From NCBI GenBank assembly GCA_036785375.1, contig JAWMAR010000077.1, positions 8,246,001-8,310,000 on the forward strand: a stretch of DNA of 64,000 nucleotides. Reading direction: 5' to 3'. This DNA comes from Leucoraja ocellata. Lineage: Eukaryota. A program made the translations under genes and the position numbers. The first letter of the stretch is position 1, and every line of letters starts with the position of its first letter. Below are positions 26,425 through 39,540 of the stretch, one piece after another. The notes beneath the pieces are model-generated. The model made no database searches. It worked only from the letters and a program-made list of their open reading frames with translations, and was not told the origin of the DNA.

Positions 26425-28044
26425 ACAAAAGAAGTTAAGTGTTCTCATATATCTTGCTTGTGTTTGTGGTGGGGTTTAGAATGTGAATTTCAAAGGCACA
26501 CAATTTTATGTTTCTTTATTGTTGGAATTAAGGTGATGCCAATGCTAAATGCATTCTTAAACAAGGCATAAGCAATAAGTAATTGTCGTCGGGATTCATA
26601 AAATGCACACCTGCTTGAGCCAATTTTATATTTTTTGATGAAATAACAGATAGCATAGGAAAAGAAAATTTGAAGTATAAATGTTAGTGTCCCATAACAA
26701 ACATGTCAGAAGGAATGAAAATGGAATTAAAAATATGATGTGGTAACTGATCATGATCTATTGATTAAACTGAATCCGTGTGATGAACAAAAAAACATAC
26801 TGAGATATTTCCATAATTGTATTGTCTATGTGTGGTTGAGTAGCTGGGGAAAGTGCCACATCTAAGGGTAATGTTATGCTTCAGCACATAACCTGTAAAA
26901 CATTTTGTAATGAGACAGCATCCTTGAAAATGTGTGTTTAAATGAACAAAAAACACTGATCTTCAAATTCTTATACATCCCATAATGAATGCAAAGATCA
27001 ATGACCATATAATACACTATTATCATGTGTTCGCTGGGGTTTTGATTGTATTTATTGCTGTTTGACCTGGGCGGTTTCTCATTTCTTAGGATATAATTTA
27101 GAAGCCAAAATAAAATGTTTCAATTGTCAGATTGTGTTTACTTAAATTAATATGTTTACATAGTTTAACTTTCTTGACAATTAATAATATTTTGCAGTAA
27201 TAAAATTAATAAAACAATTATGGGAGCTGCAGATAGTTGGGGAAGATCAAACTTATGTTCCACTACAAAATTCAATGGCAATGACACCAAAAGCCTAATT
27301 GATTAACAGGTTAATTATTGGATTTCAATGAATGTCCAGCACTTTCCCAGTTGCAGATTGCCTATATGCCCCCATTCAGGGTACATGTGTGTTGAGAAAT
27401 TTAATGATCGTTTGAAATAGCATAGAGGAGTGGAAAATAAAATAAGAGAAATTAAGGTTATTCGCAATGTTGAGACGAAACAGCATAATAAGCAACATTT
27501 GTAAACTTAGAATTACTCATTTTGAAGTTGGTACCTTTGCAAGACTTCTTATTGGTCAACAAATAACTATCAATAAACAATTTTCACTCTGTTTCAATCC
27601 AACTTGTCTTTTCTACTGTATTGATAATCATGTTTTCTTTATTTATGCTGGATTATATTTATCAAATTTATACATACAGGCAATCCCAGAATTACAAAAG
27701 AGTTTGTTTCCTGAAAACCATAAGCCAAATTTTCCATAAGTGAGAAACATTTGTTTTCTATAATTACCATAGCATATTACCCTGCATTCACTTCCAAAAA
27801 ATATTTCATTTTACGGAATATTCATCCTAACTGCGCCTGTAATTAAATTTATGGACTATATACAAGTTATTAATGAATGCCGTAATACACTTTAGAATTG
27901 TTACTAACTTGAACAATTCTTTCAAATAATATGCAAGAATTTGTGTGAAATCAGATTTCCATGTACAATTTTCTCAATGAAATCTGGGAATTCAAAAGAT
28001 TCAAAGATGATTTTGTTCAGGCTCTAATGTTGAAGTTTATCCTT

Positions 28045-28625
28045 TAACGATATGATACGATCAAACTTTATTGATCCCAGGAGGGAAATTGATCTGCCAA
28101 CAGTCATAAAACAAAAAATACATGAAACATGAAATTAAAGTGACGGGTGGAAAGGATTGTGTATGTGCAAAGGGTGGGGTGGGGGGTTGGGGGGGAGGAG
28201 GGGAGTTTATCCACCCTACGACAGAAAGGAGAGGAGTTGTACAGTTTGTACAGTTTGATAGCTGCAAGGAAGAAGGATCTCCTGTGGCGTTCTATGCTGC
28301 ATCTTGGTGAAACCTGTCTGTTGCTGAAGGTACTCCTCAGGTTGACCGGTGTGTCATGGAGGGGGTGAGCTGTATTGTCCAAGATGCTCTGCAGTTTGAG
28401 GAACATCCTCCCCTCCAAGACCACCTCCCATGAATCCAACTCGACCCTTAGGACGGAGCCAGCCTTCCTGATGAGTTTGTTGATCCTATTGCCATCTGCG
28501 ACCTTCGCCCTGCTGCCCCAGCACACAGCAGCGAAGAAGTTGGCACCGGCTACCATCGATTAGTAGAACATCTGCAGCATCTTACTGCAGACATTGAAGG
28601 AGCGGAGCCATCTCAAACAGTACAA
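28045..28625 (-). mobile_element. Rex1/Babar-type LINE 3' fragment
   Basis: FFAAVCWG...RINKLIRKAGSVL...ILDNTAHPLH. The same 3' UTR occurs at about 4360-4490 (+) and 17075-17330 (-). Confidence 0.8.
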
Positions 28626-29076
28626 CATTATTAAAAATACATATGTGCTGGTGAAAGAAAATCAGAAATCCTGGCAGTATTTTTTAACTTGTCTTCACAA
28701 ATTTGCTAAATTGGAGATAAAAAAACAATAATGCTGGTAGTCAGAAATAAAAACAAAAATGCTGGAAACACTCACTAGGTCAGGAAGCTTTTGTGGAAGG
28801 AGAAACAGAATTAACTTTTCAAGTCATAACTAGTAACATTGTGCTATGGCTGAAATGATTAAAACATCTAGAGCTGCTGAGGATTAAGATTCATACCACA
28901 AAGTTGACATTGATGTTTGCTAAAGCAAAGAACAAATTACTGTTTGTCTTTGTGTTTAGAACAGCAAAGAGTGTCCCAGCTGGTAACACATAACTTTTCA
29001 CTGTGTTGGTTTTAGAAGAAGGCTGTATTTCATTTTGTTTGCTGCTGAAGAGTAAGGTACCGACTGTCATTAACTA

Positions 29077-29300
29077 AAGATAGACACAAAAAGCTGGTAG
29101 ACAAAAATGCTGGAGAAACTCAGCGGGTGAGGCAGCATCTATGGAGCGAAGGAAATGGGCAACATTTCGGATCAAGACCCTTCTCCAGACTGATGTGAGG
29201 GTTGCAAGCTACCCAAGTGCAATATGAGGTGCTGCTCCACCATATTACGGTGGCCCTCACTCTGGCCATGGATGAGGCCCAAGACAGAAAGGTCCATGAA
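29077..29300 (-). mobile_element. Penelope terminus plus endonuclease-end fragment
   Basis: Reverse complement matches about 56540-56860. Confidence 0.75.
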
Positions 29301-30139
29301 TGGTCATTCAGTACTCTACCTCCCCCCACCATCCTCACTCTGCATCTTTAAGGTGTTCATTTTTCCCCAGTTTTAAAGAGCTCTGAATCTCAGGCCTTAA
29401 CCCTTTCCTCACAAATTCTGCCCGACCTGTTGAATATTTCAAGTATTTTGGTTTTGTTTCAGATTTTCTGTATTTGCAGTTTGATTTTGTTTTATTTTTT
29501 AACATTTTTCTCAGCATTTTGAAGCATATTAACATTTGTGAACTGATTCCATCCTTATTATCTATTGCCACTGGCGTGAATGAATGAATAAGTTTATTGG
29601 CCAAGTATTTACATACAAGGAATTTTCCTTGGTGCTCCGCCCACAAGTGACAACATGATATACAGTGACAGTTATGAATGACAAAAAACACATTAAATAT
29701 TAATAATAACAATGTCATTAGTATTTTGCTTGTATTTAAAACCTGTTTACATATTACTGCTGACATTTTCCATGACTAATTATTAAAATCTTCCTGTGTC
29801 ATGAATCCAATGTTTAAGTGAACTACCAATGTACCCAGACCTTTTCCATTAAATAATTATCCGAATTTCTAGGCAAAGCTACTTATAGACACAACAGATA
29901 ATAATTGTGCAATTTACAAAGTTTTACAATGATTTACAAAGTTACTAAACAACCTATGTTTTATGCTGCCTATGTATCTTGCTACAACGTTAGGATACCT
30001 GCAGACTTTTTTATACCTGGCTTATCATGTGGTTTCAGCAGAAGAGCCCAAATGGCCTCTCCAAATTGTAACCTGGATTTTCCTCTAAGCCCTAATATCC
30101 ACATAAACTATTATTCGGAATTTATCTCATCCGATTTAT

Positions 30140-30412
30140 ATTTAGTTTAGTTTAGAGATAGAGCATGGAAAAAGGCCCTTTGGCCCATCAGATCCACGCC
30201 GACCAATGATCCCCGCACATTAACACTATTCTACACCCACTAGCGACAATGTTTACATTTACCAAGCCAATTAACCTACAAACCTGTACGTCTTTGTAGA
30301 GTGGGAGGAAACCAAATGTTTTGGAGAAAACCCATGCAGATCATGGGATTAACGTACAAACTCCGTACAAACAGCACCCGTAGTCAGGATCGAACCTGGG
30401 TTTCCGGCGCTG
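30140..30412 (-). mobile_element. HE1-like SINE
   Basis: Reverse complement of the family consensus. Confidence 0.8.
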
Positions 30413-30497
30413 CATTTGCACGATATATGCAGGATGATGTACATGAGTTTGTAAATAAATTATATTTAGTTTGCAATATTGTTAAAGGTCTTTCATT

Positions 30498-31030
30498 TTA
30501 GTTTAGTTCATGGTCACATGTACTGAGGTACAGTGAAAAGCTTATGTTGCATGTTAACCATTCAGCAGAAAGAGAATACAAGATTACAATCAAGCCATCC
30601 ACAATGTGCAGATACATGATAAAGGGAATAACCTTTAGTGCATGATAAAATCCAGTAAAGTTTGATTGAAGATAGTTTGAGGGTCTCCAATGAGGTGGAT
30701 AGTAGCTCAGGACCATTCTCTAGTTGTTGATAGGATGGTTCAGTTGCCTGATTACAGCGGGGAAGAAACTGTACTTGAATCTAAGGGTGTGTATTTTTAC
30801 ACTTCTGTACCCCTTGCCTGATGAGAAGGGAGAAGGAGTGACTGGGGAGACACACCTCCTTCATTGGGCTACTGGCCTTTCCGAGGCAGTGTGAATGGAC
30901 TCAAGGGAAGGGAGGTTGGTTTGTGTGATGGTCTGGGCTGCGTCCACAATTCTTTGCAATGTCTTGCGGTCGTGGATGGAGCTGTTCCCAAGCCATGCTG
31001 CGATGCATCCTGATAAAATACTTCTATGTT
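30498..31030 (-). mobile_element. Rex1/Babar-type LINE 3' fragment
   Basis: Decayed C-terminal coding remnant and a ttcactgtacct..tacatgtgac tail. Confidence 0.7.
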
Positions 31031-31579
31031 TCTTCTATGCATTCAATAATTAAATAATGTTTTCTGTTTCTTCTATCCTTAAATCTTTGCATGCAGCAAA
31101 TTATCTTTTATCCGTGTATTGGAGCTGCAGAACTAGTATCATGGGATTCCACCAGAGAAAATACTATTTGCTGCATAATTGTGTTTCCATAGTAGAGAGA
31201 GAGAATCATACATATCACTCAAATGCTTTGTAATCTGCCTAATGTAATCAATACCCAGTAAACAATGAAAACTGACAGCATTCTATGAATTATATTAAGC
31301 ATGATGGAGTAAACATGCAAACAATCACACAAAACATTCCAAATATATTTTGGGACAAAGCACAAAAAAGTTTACAATTAATTTATCAACATAAAATACG
31401 TTGCAAGTGGAATCATAAACTTGCGTTGAGCAGGATAATTGCAGCACTTTATAGTTTTTATAGACATTGTCTCTTCACTTGTCTTTTTGTAAGTTGTGTG
31501 CTAAATGATCATTTGGATGCATCGCCAACACTATGTCTCGTCCTTTTCTCTCTTTGTTGTTTTTTAGTATGTGTTAAAT

Positions 31580-32040
31580 CAGGTGTTGGCAACCTACGGC
31601 CCATGGGCCGGATCCAGCCCATAACCCAAAATCATACTGCCCGCAGGCATTTTTTTTTCAATTAGTTTTTGCGACCTGGGTACTACAGCCAGTCCCGGGG
31701 ACACAAGCTGATTTGGGAACTGTAGCTCGTCCTGGGTCACGCAGGAGACCTGAAAGCTGCAGCCTGTCCTGAGGCAGGCTAGCCGACCTGCGAACTACAG
31801 CCATCCCCAGGGATGTGAGCCGATCTGGGAACTGCAGCTGGTCCTGGGATACGCAGGCGACCTGGGCGCTACAGCCAGTCCCGGGGCAAGCGAGGAACCT
31901 GGGAACTGCAGAAAACAAATTGGAAAACACGGGAAAACTAATGCGAAAAACAACAGCAAGTGTCACACTATGGCGATAAATGTGGCCTGCCCTCCGCTCA
32001 CAGTCTTGGCCCCTATGCTGAACAAGGTTGCCGACTCCTG
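31580..32040. mobile_element. hAT-type MITE with an internal ~37-bp minisatellite
   Basis: TIR CAGGTGTTGGCAACCT / AGGTTGCCGACTCCTG; perfect 8-bp TSD TGTTAAAT (31572-31579 and 32041-32048). Confidence 0.88.
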
Positions 32041-32587
32041 TGTTAAATGTATGTTTTAGTATTCCTTAGCTTTGTTTTATGTGGGGGGTGTGTGGGGGGG
32101 GGGGGGGGGGGGGGCGGTAGTTGGGGTAAACATTTTAAAATCTCTTATCTAGATGGAAATGCAATTTTTTTTGCGTATCGTATCTCTGTCCGTGCTGCGG
32201 CCTAACATTGAGGAGCTGGCGGCCTCTTGCTGAGGATCAACTTTGGCAGTTCCATCTGCGGGAGCCTGTGGACTTAACATCGTGGAGCTGGCGGTCCCTT
32301 TGTCTGGGACCGACTTCGGGCACTCCAGGCCGCAGGAGCTTTAGGACCGCCCCGATCGCGGGAGCTTCGAACCGCCCCGACGCGGGATCTTCGATCGCCT
32401 CGACTGCGGATGGTTCGACTCCCCTAATCACCAGAGAATGAAGAGTGAAGAAGATTGGACTCCGTTGTGGTGGATTTTTATGTTAATTTTTATGTAGTTG
32501 TGTGTCTTGTTGCTTTTTTTTAGTATGACTGTATGGTAAATCGAGTTCCACTGTACCTTATGATACGTGATAATAGAATACCTTTGA

Positions 32588-32734
<147 letters not shown>

Positions 32735-33230
32735 TGAGTACAATATTAACTGACTGACAAATGTGCAATTATCAACATTAAACATGAGTCTGGATTATTA
32801 GTTATACAAGGGTGCTGCTGAAACAATAAGAAACTTAGTCCAACATCCTTTTTAAAATGTTGTTCAATATTGAATTTTTGCAAAAAGAATACAAGAAAGT
32901 AATCGAGACCGAATGTGTTTTCTCTTTTAAGACTCAAACTGAAATAAATCTGGTCAAAACAGACTCAACATTGGAAGCAAAATACCGCATACCAATGAGT
33001 ATCAGAAAAGTAAAAATAAAGGTGAACATTTTGGATGGAAATCTTGGTTAAAATTGAAGGAGGAAGAATAATATGAGTTAAAACAAGAAAGGAAAGATCA
33101 ACAAGGGTCATTGGTTGATGTACTGGCAGCAGGGTGTAAAGACAAATAGTTCTGTCCTAGTTCATTCCAAGAGCTCTTGTGGTAAGCACGGAGAATGATC
33201 ATAGCGGGTACGTCGGAGCTCGGGGACATC

Positions 33231-34254
33231 TTTCTTCACTGCCTGTTGTACCTGCATGCTTACTTTCATTGACTGATGAACAAGGACCCCCAGATCCCAT
33301 AGTATTTCCCCTTTTCCCAACGACACCATATAGATAATAATCTGCCTTCCTGTTTTTGCTACCAAAGTAGATAACCTCACATTTAGCCACATTAAACTGC
33401 ATCTGCCTTGGATCTGCCCACTCTGATCTACCCAACCTGTCCAAGTCACCCTGCATTCTCATAGCATCCTCCTTTACTCACAGTTCACACTGCTACCCAG
33501 TTTTGTCTCATCTGCAAATATACTAATGTTACTTTGAATCCCTTCATCTAAGTCATTGATGTATATTGTAAATAGCTGCGCTTTCAGCATCGAGACTTGC
33601 GGTACACCACTAGTCACTGCCTGCAGTTCTGAAAGGGACCCGTTAATCCCTACTCTTTGCTTCCTGCCTGCCAACCAATTTTCTACCCATGTCAACACTC
33701 CACCCCAATAGCATGTGCCCTAATTTTGCCCACTAATCTCCTATGTGGGACCTTATCAAATGCTTACTGGAAGTCCAGGTACACTACATCCACTGGCTCT
33801 CCCTTGTCCATTTTCCTAGTTACATCCTCAAAAAATTCCAGAAGATTAGTCAAGCATGATTTCCCCTACGTAAATCCATGCTGACTTGGACCGATCCTGT
33901 TACTGCTGTCCAAATGTGCGGCCATTTCATCTTTTATGATTAACCAGCATCTTCCCCACATCTGATGTCAGGCCAACTGGTCTATAATTCCCTGTTTTCT
34001 CCCTCCCGCCTTTCTGGGATATCATTAGCTGCCCTCCAATCCACAGGAACTGATCCTGAATCTATAGAACATTGGAAAATGATCACCAATGCATCTACGA
34101 TTTCTAGAGCCACTTCCTTAAGTACACTGGGATGTAGACCATCAGACCCTAGGGATTTATCAGCCTTCACTCCCATCAGTCTACCCAACACCATTTCCTG
34201 CCTAATGTGGATTTTGTTCAGTTCCTCCATCACTCCAGATCCTTTGGCCACTAG
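33231..34254 (-). mobile_element. CR1 fragment (RT region), left half of a copy split by the Gypsy
   Basis: SGVPQVSML...FADETKL. The sequence joins 37707 onward across the ACTAG TSD. Confidence 0.88.
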
Positions 34255-34440
34255 TGTAATGTTTGAGACCACGTAAGGCCCTGTTGTGACTAGCACAAGC
34301 AAAAGGAGAACACGTCCGACATCTTGTAAGTATGATTTATTCTGCCCCACCCAGGGACACTGCTCCAAGGTCACCTGCTCTTGATCACGAGGCAAAGCCC
34401 TTTATATTAAAGGGGCACAGGCATTTACATATACATCACA
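34255..34440 (-). repeat. 3' LTR of the Mag-like Gypsy
   Basis: 185/186 identical to 37516-37701; TG...CA termini. Confidence 0.95.
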
Positions 34441-34619
34441 TCTCCCCCTTTACTTTAATTACAATTCTCCCCCTTCCCTTAAATTACCTTACATCCCCCC
34501 CTTTCAACGTTGGTCAAAATTAATAACTTGTACCTTAATGAATTTAATGTGGATAAAGTACCACAAATAACACAGTGCTCGTCATACTACAAAACTATTT
34601 AAAAAATTGCCGAACAATT

Positions 34620-36845
34620 TTACATAACAAGTCGAGTTGGGGGTTTTGACAATCGCCCACTTCTCGTGCAAGTCGTCTTTCCAACTCGTTCTGTGTCATA
34701 TTTCTGTTGTGTGCGAGTGTGGCTTGGCTCGCTTTGAGCCGATTCCCCCACCACAGACCCTTGTGGTGCGGCCTGTGATAGTTCGCTTGAGTTTGGGAGA
34801 CTAGCTCCTCCTGGGTGACGGGTTCCTCCTTGTGGGAGAGTGTTCGCACTTGTCTGCTGCGTGTTGTCAGGGCATGGCTCAGCTGCTTCGTGCGCAGGTC
34901 GTATGTCCTTCCTGTTCCTGCGGAACTCTGTACCGCTCGGTGTAGAGATGGCGTAGCTCCGAGGGGACAGGTTTTCTCTTGCAATACGGCCACGTTGCCA
35001 CTCAGTTGGTTTGGCATGAAACCATACCTGTTGTTGCTGTTCCAGGCGCGGCAGCGGCTCGACGCTTGCCTTCGCATTGAAGTATGCTGCCTGTTTTTCT
35101 TGTCGGATGGCCAGTTGTGGTCCCATGGGAGGGACATGATGAGGCAGTAAGAGTGATAGAGGCGATGGCAATTTGCTTCTTAACAGTCTACTGTTCAGTA
35201 ACTGTGAGGGGGCATAGCCGCCTGTCCCATCAAGTGGGGTGTTGCGGTATTCGAGGATGGCGTACATCGGGTCACGGCCGCTGCGTTTGGCTTTCCTCAT
35301 GATACCTTTTATAGTTTGCACACAGCGCTCCAAATCCGCTGTTGGAAGCATCTGTGGCAATTGACGCGGGCGCGTTCACATCGTACAATTTGAGTATGGG
35401 TGGTGAAGTGAGAAGACATTTCAGCTTGTCTACTGCATGTCTGTGCTTCTGCTCAAAATGCCACGCTATTCCCTTTTCTGTTAGCTGTCTAAGTGGGGCG
35501 GTGATCTCTGAGAGGTTCGGAATAAACTTAGCCATGTATGTCACCATCCCCAAGAACGTTTGCACTTCAGCCTTGTTTGTCGGGTATGGCATTTGTAGCA
35601 TGCTGCTGACACGAGATGGGCTTGGTGACACGCCTGCTTGCGAGATGACATGTCCCACATATTCAATCTCATTTGAGGCATTACCGACTTTCGGGGATTG
35701 AGCTTTAGGCCGGATTCTTTCACCCGTTTGAGTAGGGCTTTCACCCTTGCGTCATGTTGTGCTGCGTTCACACCCCAAACGAGAATGTCGTCGACAACTA
35801 TCTCCACCCCTTGTAAATCGCCAAACTCTTCCTGCATCGCCCGCTGCCAAATCTCACTTGCGGATGAGATTCCAAATGGAAGCACGAGGTATCGGTATCT
35901 CCCAAAGGGAGTATTAAATGTGGTCAGACGCGAGCTGTCATCGCTCAGTGGGAACTGCCAGTACCCACTTGTAGCGTCAAATTTTGAGAACCATTCTGCC
36001 TTCGGCATGCGGGCTGCAATGTTCTCGAACGTCGGCATTGGGAAATGCTCCGTACGAATGGCCGCATTGAGGTCACGTGGGTCAAGGCATATGCGAACTT
36101 CACCATTAGGTTTGCTGACCACAGTCATTGAATTCACCCAATCTGTCGGTTCACTCACGGCCTTTATGACTCCCAAGCTTTCCATGCGCTCTAATTCAGC
36201 TTTGACCTTATCTCTGATCTTATAGGGGATAGTGCGTGGCGGGTTTTGCTTAGGTTGCACGTTCTCTTGCAGCGCTATGTTATACTCGTGTCTTTTTAGC
36301 CTTCCCAACCCTTGGAAAATCTCACGGTTTTCCTCAATGATCCTTGCAGTGTATGATGGGCTCGCACTCACGCTATCAACCGCCTCCTTTCGCACAAGAA
36401 GCCCTAACTTTTCACATGTTAGTTTCCCAAATATGGGTTTCACATTCCCCCTCACTATTTGAAAGACAACCCTGTGTTCTTTCTTACCTACTTTAACGTT
36501 CCCTTTTGCCTGCCCCACGGGCTTCATTGTATGTCCAGAATAGGACCTCAGTGTCACGTTCGTCTTCAGTAAGTCAAGACCAGTCTTTCTGAACAAGTGC
36601 TCGGGCAGGATGTCCACTTGAGCTCCAGAGTCAAGTCTGAACTCAATGTTCACATTGTTGATGCTGCACATCTGTCCCCATTCACACGTCGACCCAATCA
36701 CAGCATCAGTCACGGCGTCAATGTAGAAGATACCAACCTCGTCGTCCACTGGCTCAGGCAGCGGTGAGGCGTTCATCTGGAACTCGACGTTGCGGACGTC
36801 ACGGCTCCAGTCCGCAGCCTTTTGGCTGATTCGCCGATCATATTG
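34620..36845 (-). pseudogene. pol remnant: protease, RT, RNase H start fused to integrase C-terminus
   Basis: FRLDSGAQVDILP (protease). VRICLDPRDLN, FSKFDATSGYWQ, LPFGIS, IVVDDILVWG (RT). Frameshift near 35690. ATDASNSGFGA (RNase H start) then ERCVQTIKG..LEYRNTPL..APSQLL (end of integrase core). Confidence 0.88.
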
Positions 36846-37502
36846 TCAGGGACGTGGGCGGCTGTTGGGCGCTCTATTTAACGGGCAGTCGGGGGATCTG
36901 GAAAGATGTCCAATCTCTCCGCAGGTATAACATCTCATGTACTGAGCAGGGCAGTAGTTGCCTTTATGCGCGCGGGTGCATGACCGGCAGACGGTATCCT
37001 TACCAGAATCACGGATTTCTGTCTGTGTTTGGCTGGGTCGCGAATCCCTGCCTCGGCCCCAAGGCCGACTGGTGCTGCCCCGTTTCACATACTCAACTGT
37101 CTCTTCGGTGTCGATGGCGGTTGGGGCAATCTGCTTCATCTGTTCGGCTGCTGCTTCAGCTATCAGACACACGTCACTGCATTTTTCTAGTGTTAAATCA
37201 TCGCATTGTAGTAGTTTTTCCCGGAGTGGCTGGCTGGTGATGCCGCAGACAATTCTATCTCGTAGCAATGAGTCATGGATAATGCCAAACTCACAATCTT
37301 TGGCTAAAGACTTCACTGCAGTCAGGTAGCTGGAGAAGGTCTCCCCTCGCCGCTGATTACGTGTATTAAAGACATATCTTGAGACAGTTAAGTTCTTTTT
37401 TGGATCACAGTATGTCTGAAACTTATCCTTCAGGGGTTGTATTTTGTCAGTTTCCTCCTGGGTAAACTCAAAGGTCTCATAAATCTCCTGAGCTGCCGGC
37501 CC
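36846..37502 (-). pseudogene. gag, N-terminally truncated, two zinc knuckles
   Basis: GPAAQEIYETF...RYVFNTRNQRRGE...LAKDCEFG..LLRDRIVCG; knuckles CRSCTRAHKGNYC and CYTCGEIGH. Starts directly at the PBS with no in-frame ATG. Confidence 0.85.
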
Positions 37503-37515
37503 ACTTCTGACACCA

Positions 37516-37701
37516 TGTAATGTTTGAGACCACGTAAGGCCCTGTTGTGACTAGCACAAGCAAAAGGAGAACACGTCCAACATCTTGTAAGTATGATTTA
37601 TTCTGCCCCACCCAGGGACACTGCTCCAAGGTCACCTGCTCTTGATCACGAGGCAAAGCCCTTTATATTAAAGGGGCACAGGCATTTACATATACATCAC
37701 A
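37516..37701 (-). repeat. 5' LTR of the Mag-like Gypsy
   Basis: Direct repeat adjoining the tRNA-Leu PBS. Confidence 0.95.
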
Positions 37702-37706
37702 ACTAG

Positions 37707-38180
37707 TACATCAGGAAGATTGTTTGTGTCCTCCTTAGCGAAGATGGACCCAAATTACCTGCTCAACTCATCTGCCATTTCCTTGTTCCCCATAATAAAT
37801 TCACATTTTTCAGTCTTCAAGGGTCCAACTTTGGTCTTAACTAATTGTTTCCTCTTCACATACCTAAAGTTTTTACTATCCTCCTTTATATTCTTGGCAT
37901 GCTTACCACCGTACCTCATCTTTTCTCCCCGTATTGCCTTATTAGTTATCTTCTGTTGCTCTTTAAACATTACCCAATCCTCTTGCTTCCCGCTCATCTT
38001 TGCTACGTTGTACTTTTTCTCTTTTATACTGTCCCTGACACCCCTTGTCAGCCACGGTCACCCCTTACTCTCCTTGGAATCTTTCTTCCTCTTTGGAATT
38101 AATTGATCCTGCACCTTCTGTATTATTCCCAGAAATATCTGCCATTGTTGTTCCACTGTCATCCCTGCTAGGGTATCTTA
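37707..38180 (-). mobile_element. CR1 fragment, right half of the split copy
   Basis: RYVKRKQLVKTKVGPLKTE...MGNKEMADEL, the CR1 ORF2 linker. Confidence 0.85.
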
Positions 38181-38929
38181 CCAGTCCTCCCTCGTGGCTC
38201 CATAATCCCCTTTATTCAACTGTTAATTCGACTTTAGGTTGGAAAATCAGAAATACCAATGGTTGAGATCTGTCTTCTGAGATTGCAACTGTTGCACTGG
38301 GAGGTTAATTAGTTACAGTTTAGTACAGACCTTGGTTAGTTTTAGATTTTAATCTTTGTTGAAAATAGTTAATTAGGGACAGTTCTGCAATTTTTGACCA
38401 TGGGAATTTCCAGAACACCAGACGGTGGAACCAGGAAACTACAACCTGTATGAAAATCCTCTCCTTATCATATTTATTTCCTTGAACAAAAATATGCTAT
38501 TTCGAACAGGTGCGTTTACGTACTTAAAATTTCAGATTGAGCTTCGAAATGTTCACACTGGAGCAGGTAAATGATGGAAATAAGGCTCAATTAGTCAAGG
38601 TGGCATGGAAAAAAAAAAAGAAAGGTCACTCTGGTGCCAAAGGACCTATTAGCTTAAGTGCTTGAGTGCACTTTCCAATATCGCTCCCGAGAGCTCTGTC
38701 ACAATGGACTGTACTTTATTTACATAAACTTGGAAAAGTCATGCTCACTGTTGGAGTTAGTTTGTAACCAATGTCAGCGACATGAACAGTTCTGACCAGA
38801 ATGGAAAAATCCTCACAGAAAACTATAGGGAAGTTTTCAACCAATTTTTCTACACTGTTTTTAAGGACATACAATGCACTCTTTGCAAGGAGAGGGAATT
38901 TGTACAATGTGAGGGATCTCCCATGCATG

Positions 38930-39195
38930 TTTAGGTTCAGAGATACAGTGACGAAACAAGCACTCCAGCGCACGCAGTCTGTAATAACCAATGATCACCC
39001 ATGCACTACATACCAGGGACAATTTTTTATAGAAGCCAATTAACCTACAAACCTGCACTTGAGGATTCTGGGAGAAAACCGAAGCACCCGGAGAAAACCC
39101 ATGCGGTCACAGGGAGAACGCACAAACTCTACACCAGAGATTAGGATTGAACCACGTGGTCTCTGGTGCTGTTAAGGCAGCAACTCTACTGTTAC
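38930..39195 (-). mobile_element. HE1-like SINE (diverged)
   Basis: Reverse complement of the family consensus. Confidence 0.72.
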
Positions 39196-39540
39196 CCCAC
39201 CATGTCGGGATCCTTCTTCAGACACCATCTACCTACGTTTTCCAGAGATCCAGCCCGACCCAACGAGCTACTCCAGCACTGTGAGTCTTCATCTCGACTA
39301 TCGACTTTCACTTGATGGGGTCTCTGTACATTAATGCTATTAAGGACCCTGACATTAATTTTTGATGTTTTTCTGGAGTTTGACCTCACAAAGTGCATTA
39401 ACTTACTCTTCTTTGGGCTATATTTGATCTGCTGCCCTCCACCCAACCTTTAAGCTGATCCATGTCCCAGTATATAATTCCAGAAATTGCCAGGGGGCAA
39501 TTTGGATTGGAGAATTCATTCCACCCTTTTAATAGCAACC

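Larger units (their letters stand above)
34255..37701 (-). mobile_element. Gypsy LTR retrotransposon, Mag-like, young, internally deleted, inserted in a CR1
   Basis: 186-bp LTRs at 34255-34440 and 37516-37701 with 1 mismatch. Perfect 5-bp TSD ACTAG (34250-34254 and 37702-37706). PBS TGGTGTCAGAAGTGGG (37500-37515) is the tRNA-Leu 3' complement. PPT AAAGGGGGAGA lies next to the left LTR. Confidence 0.95.

Noticed and set aside
31671-31912. CRISPR-like periodicity
   Set aside because: No unique spacers and no cas genes; it is a degenerate minisatellite in a eukaryotic MITE.
35780-35810. VVDD instead of YxDD in the Gypsy RT
   Set aside because: Both catalytic aspartates are intact and the first position varies among Mag-like elements; not evidence of novelty on its own.
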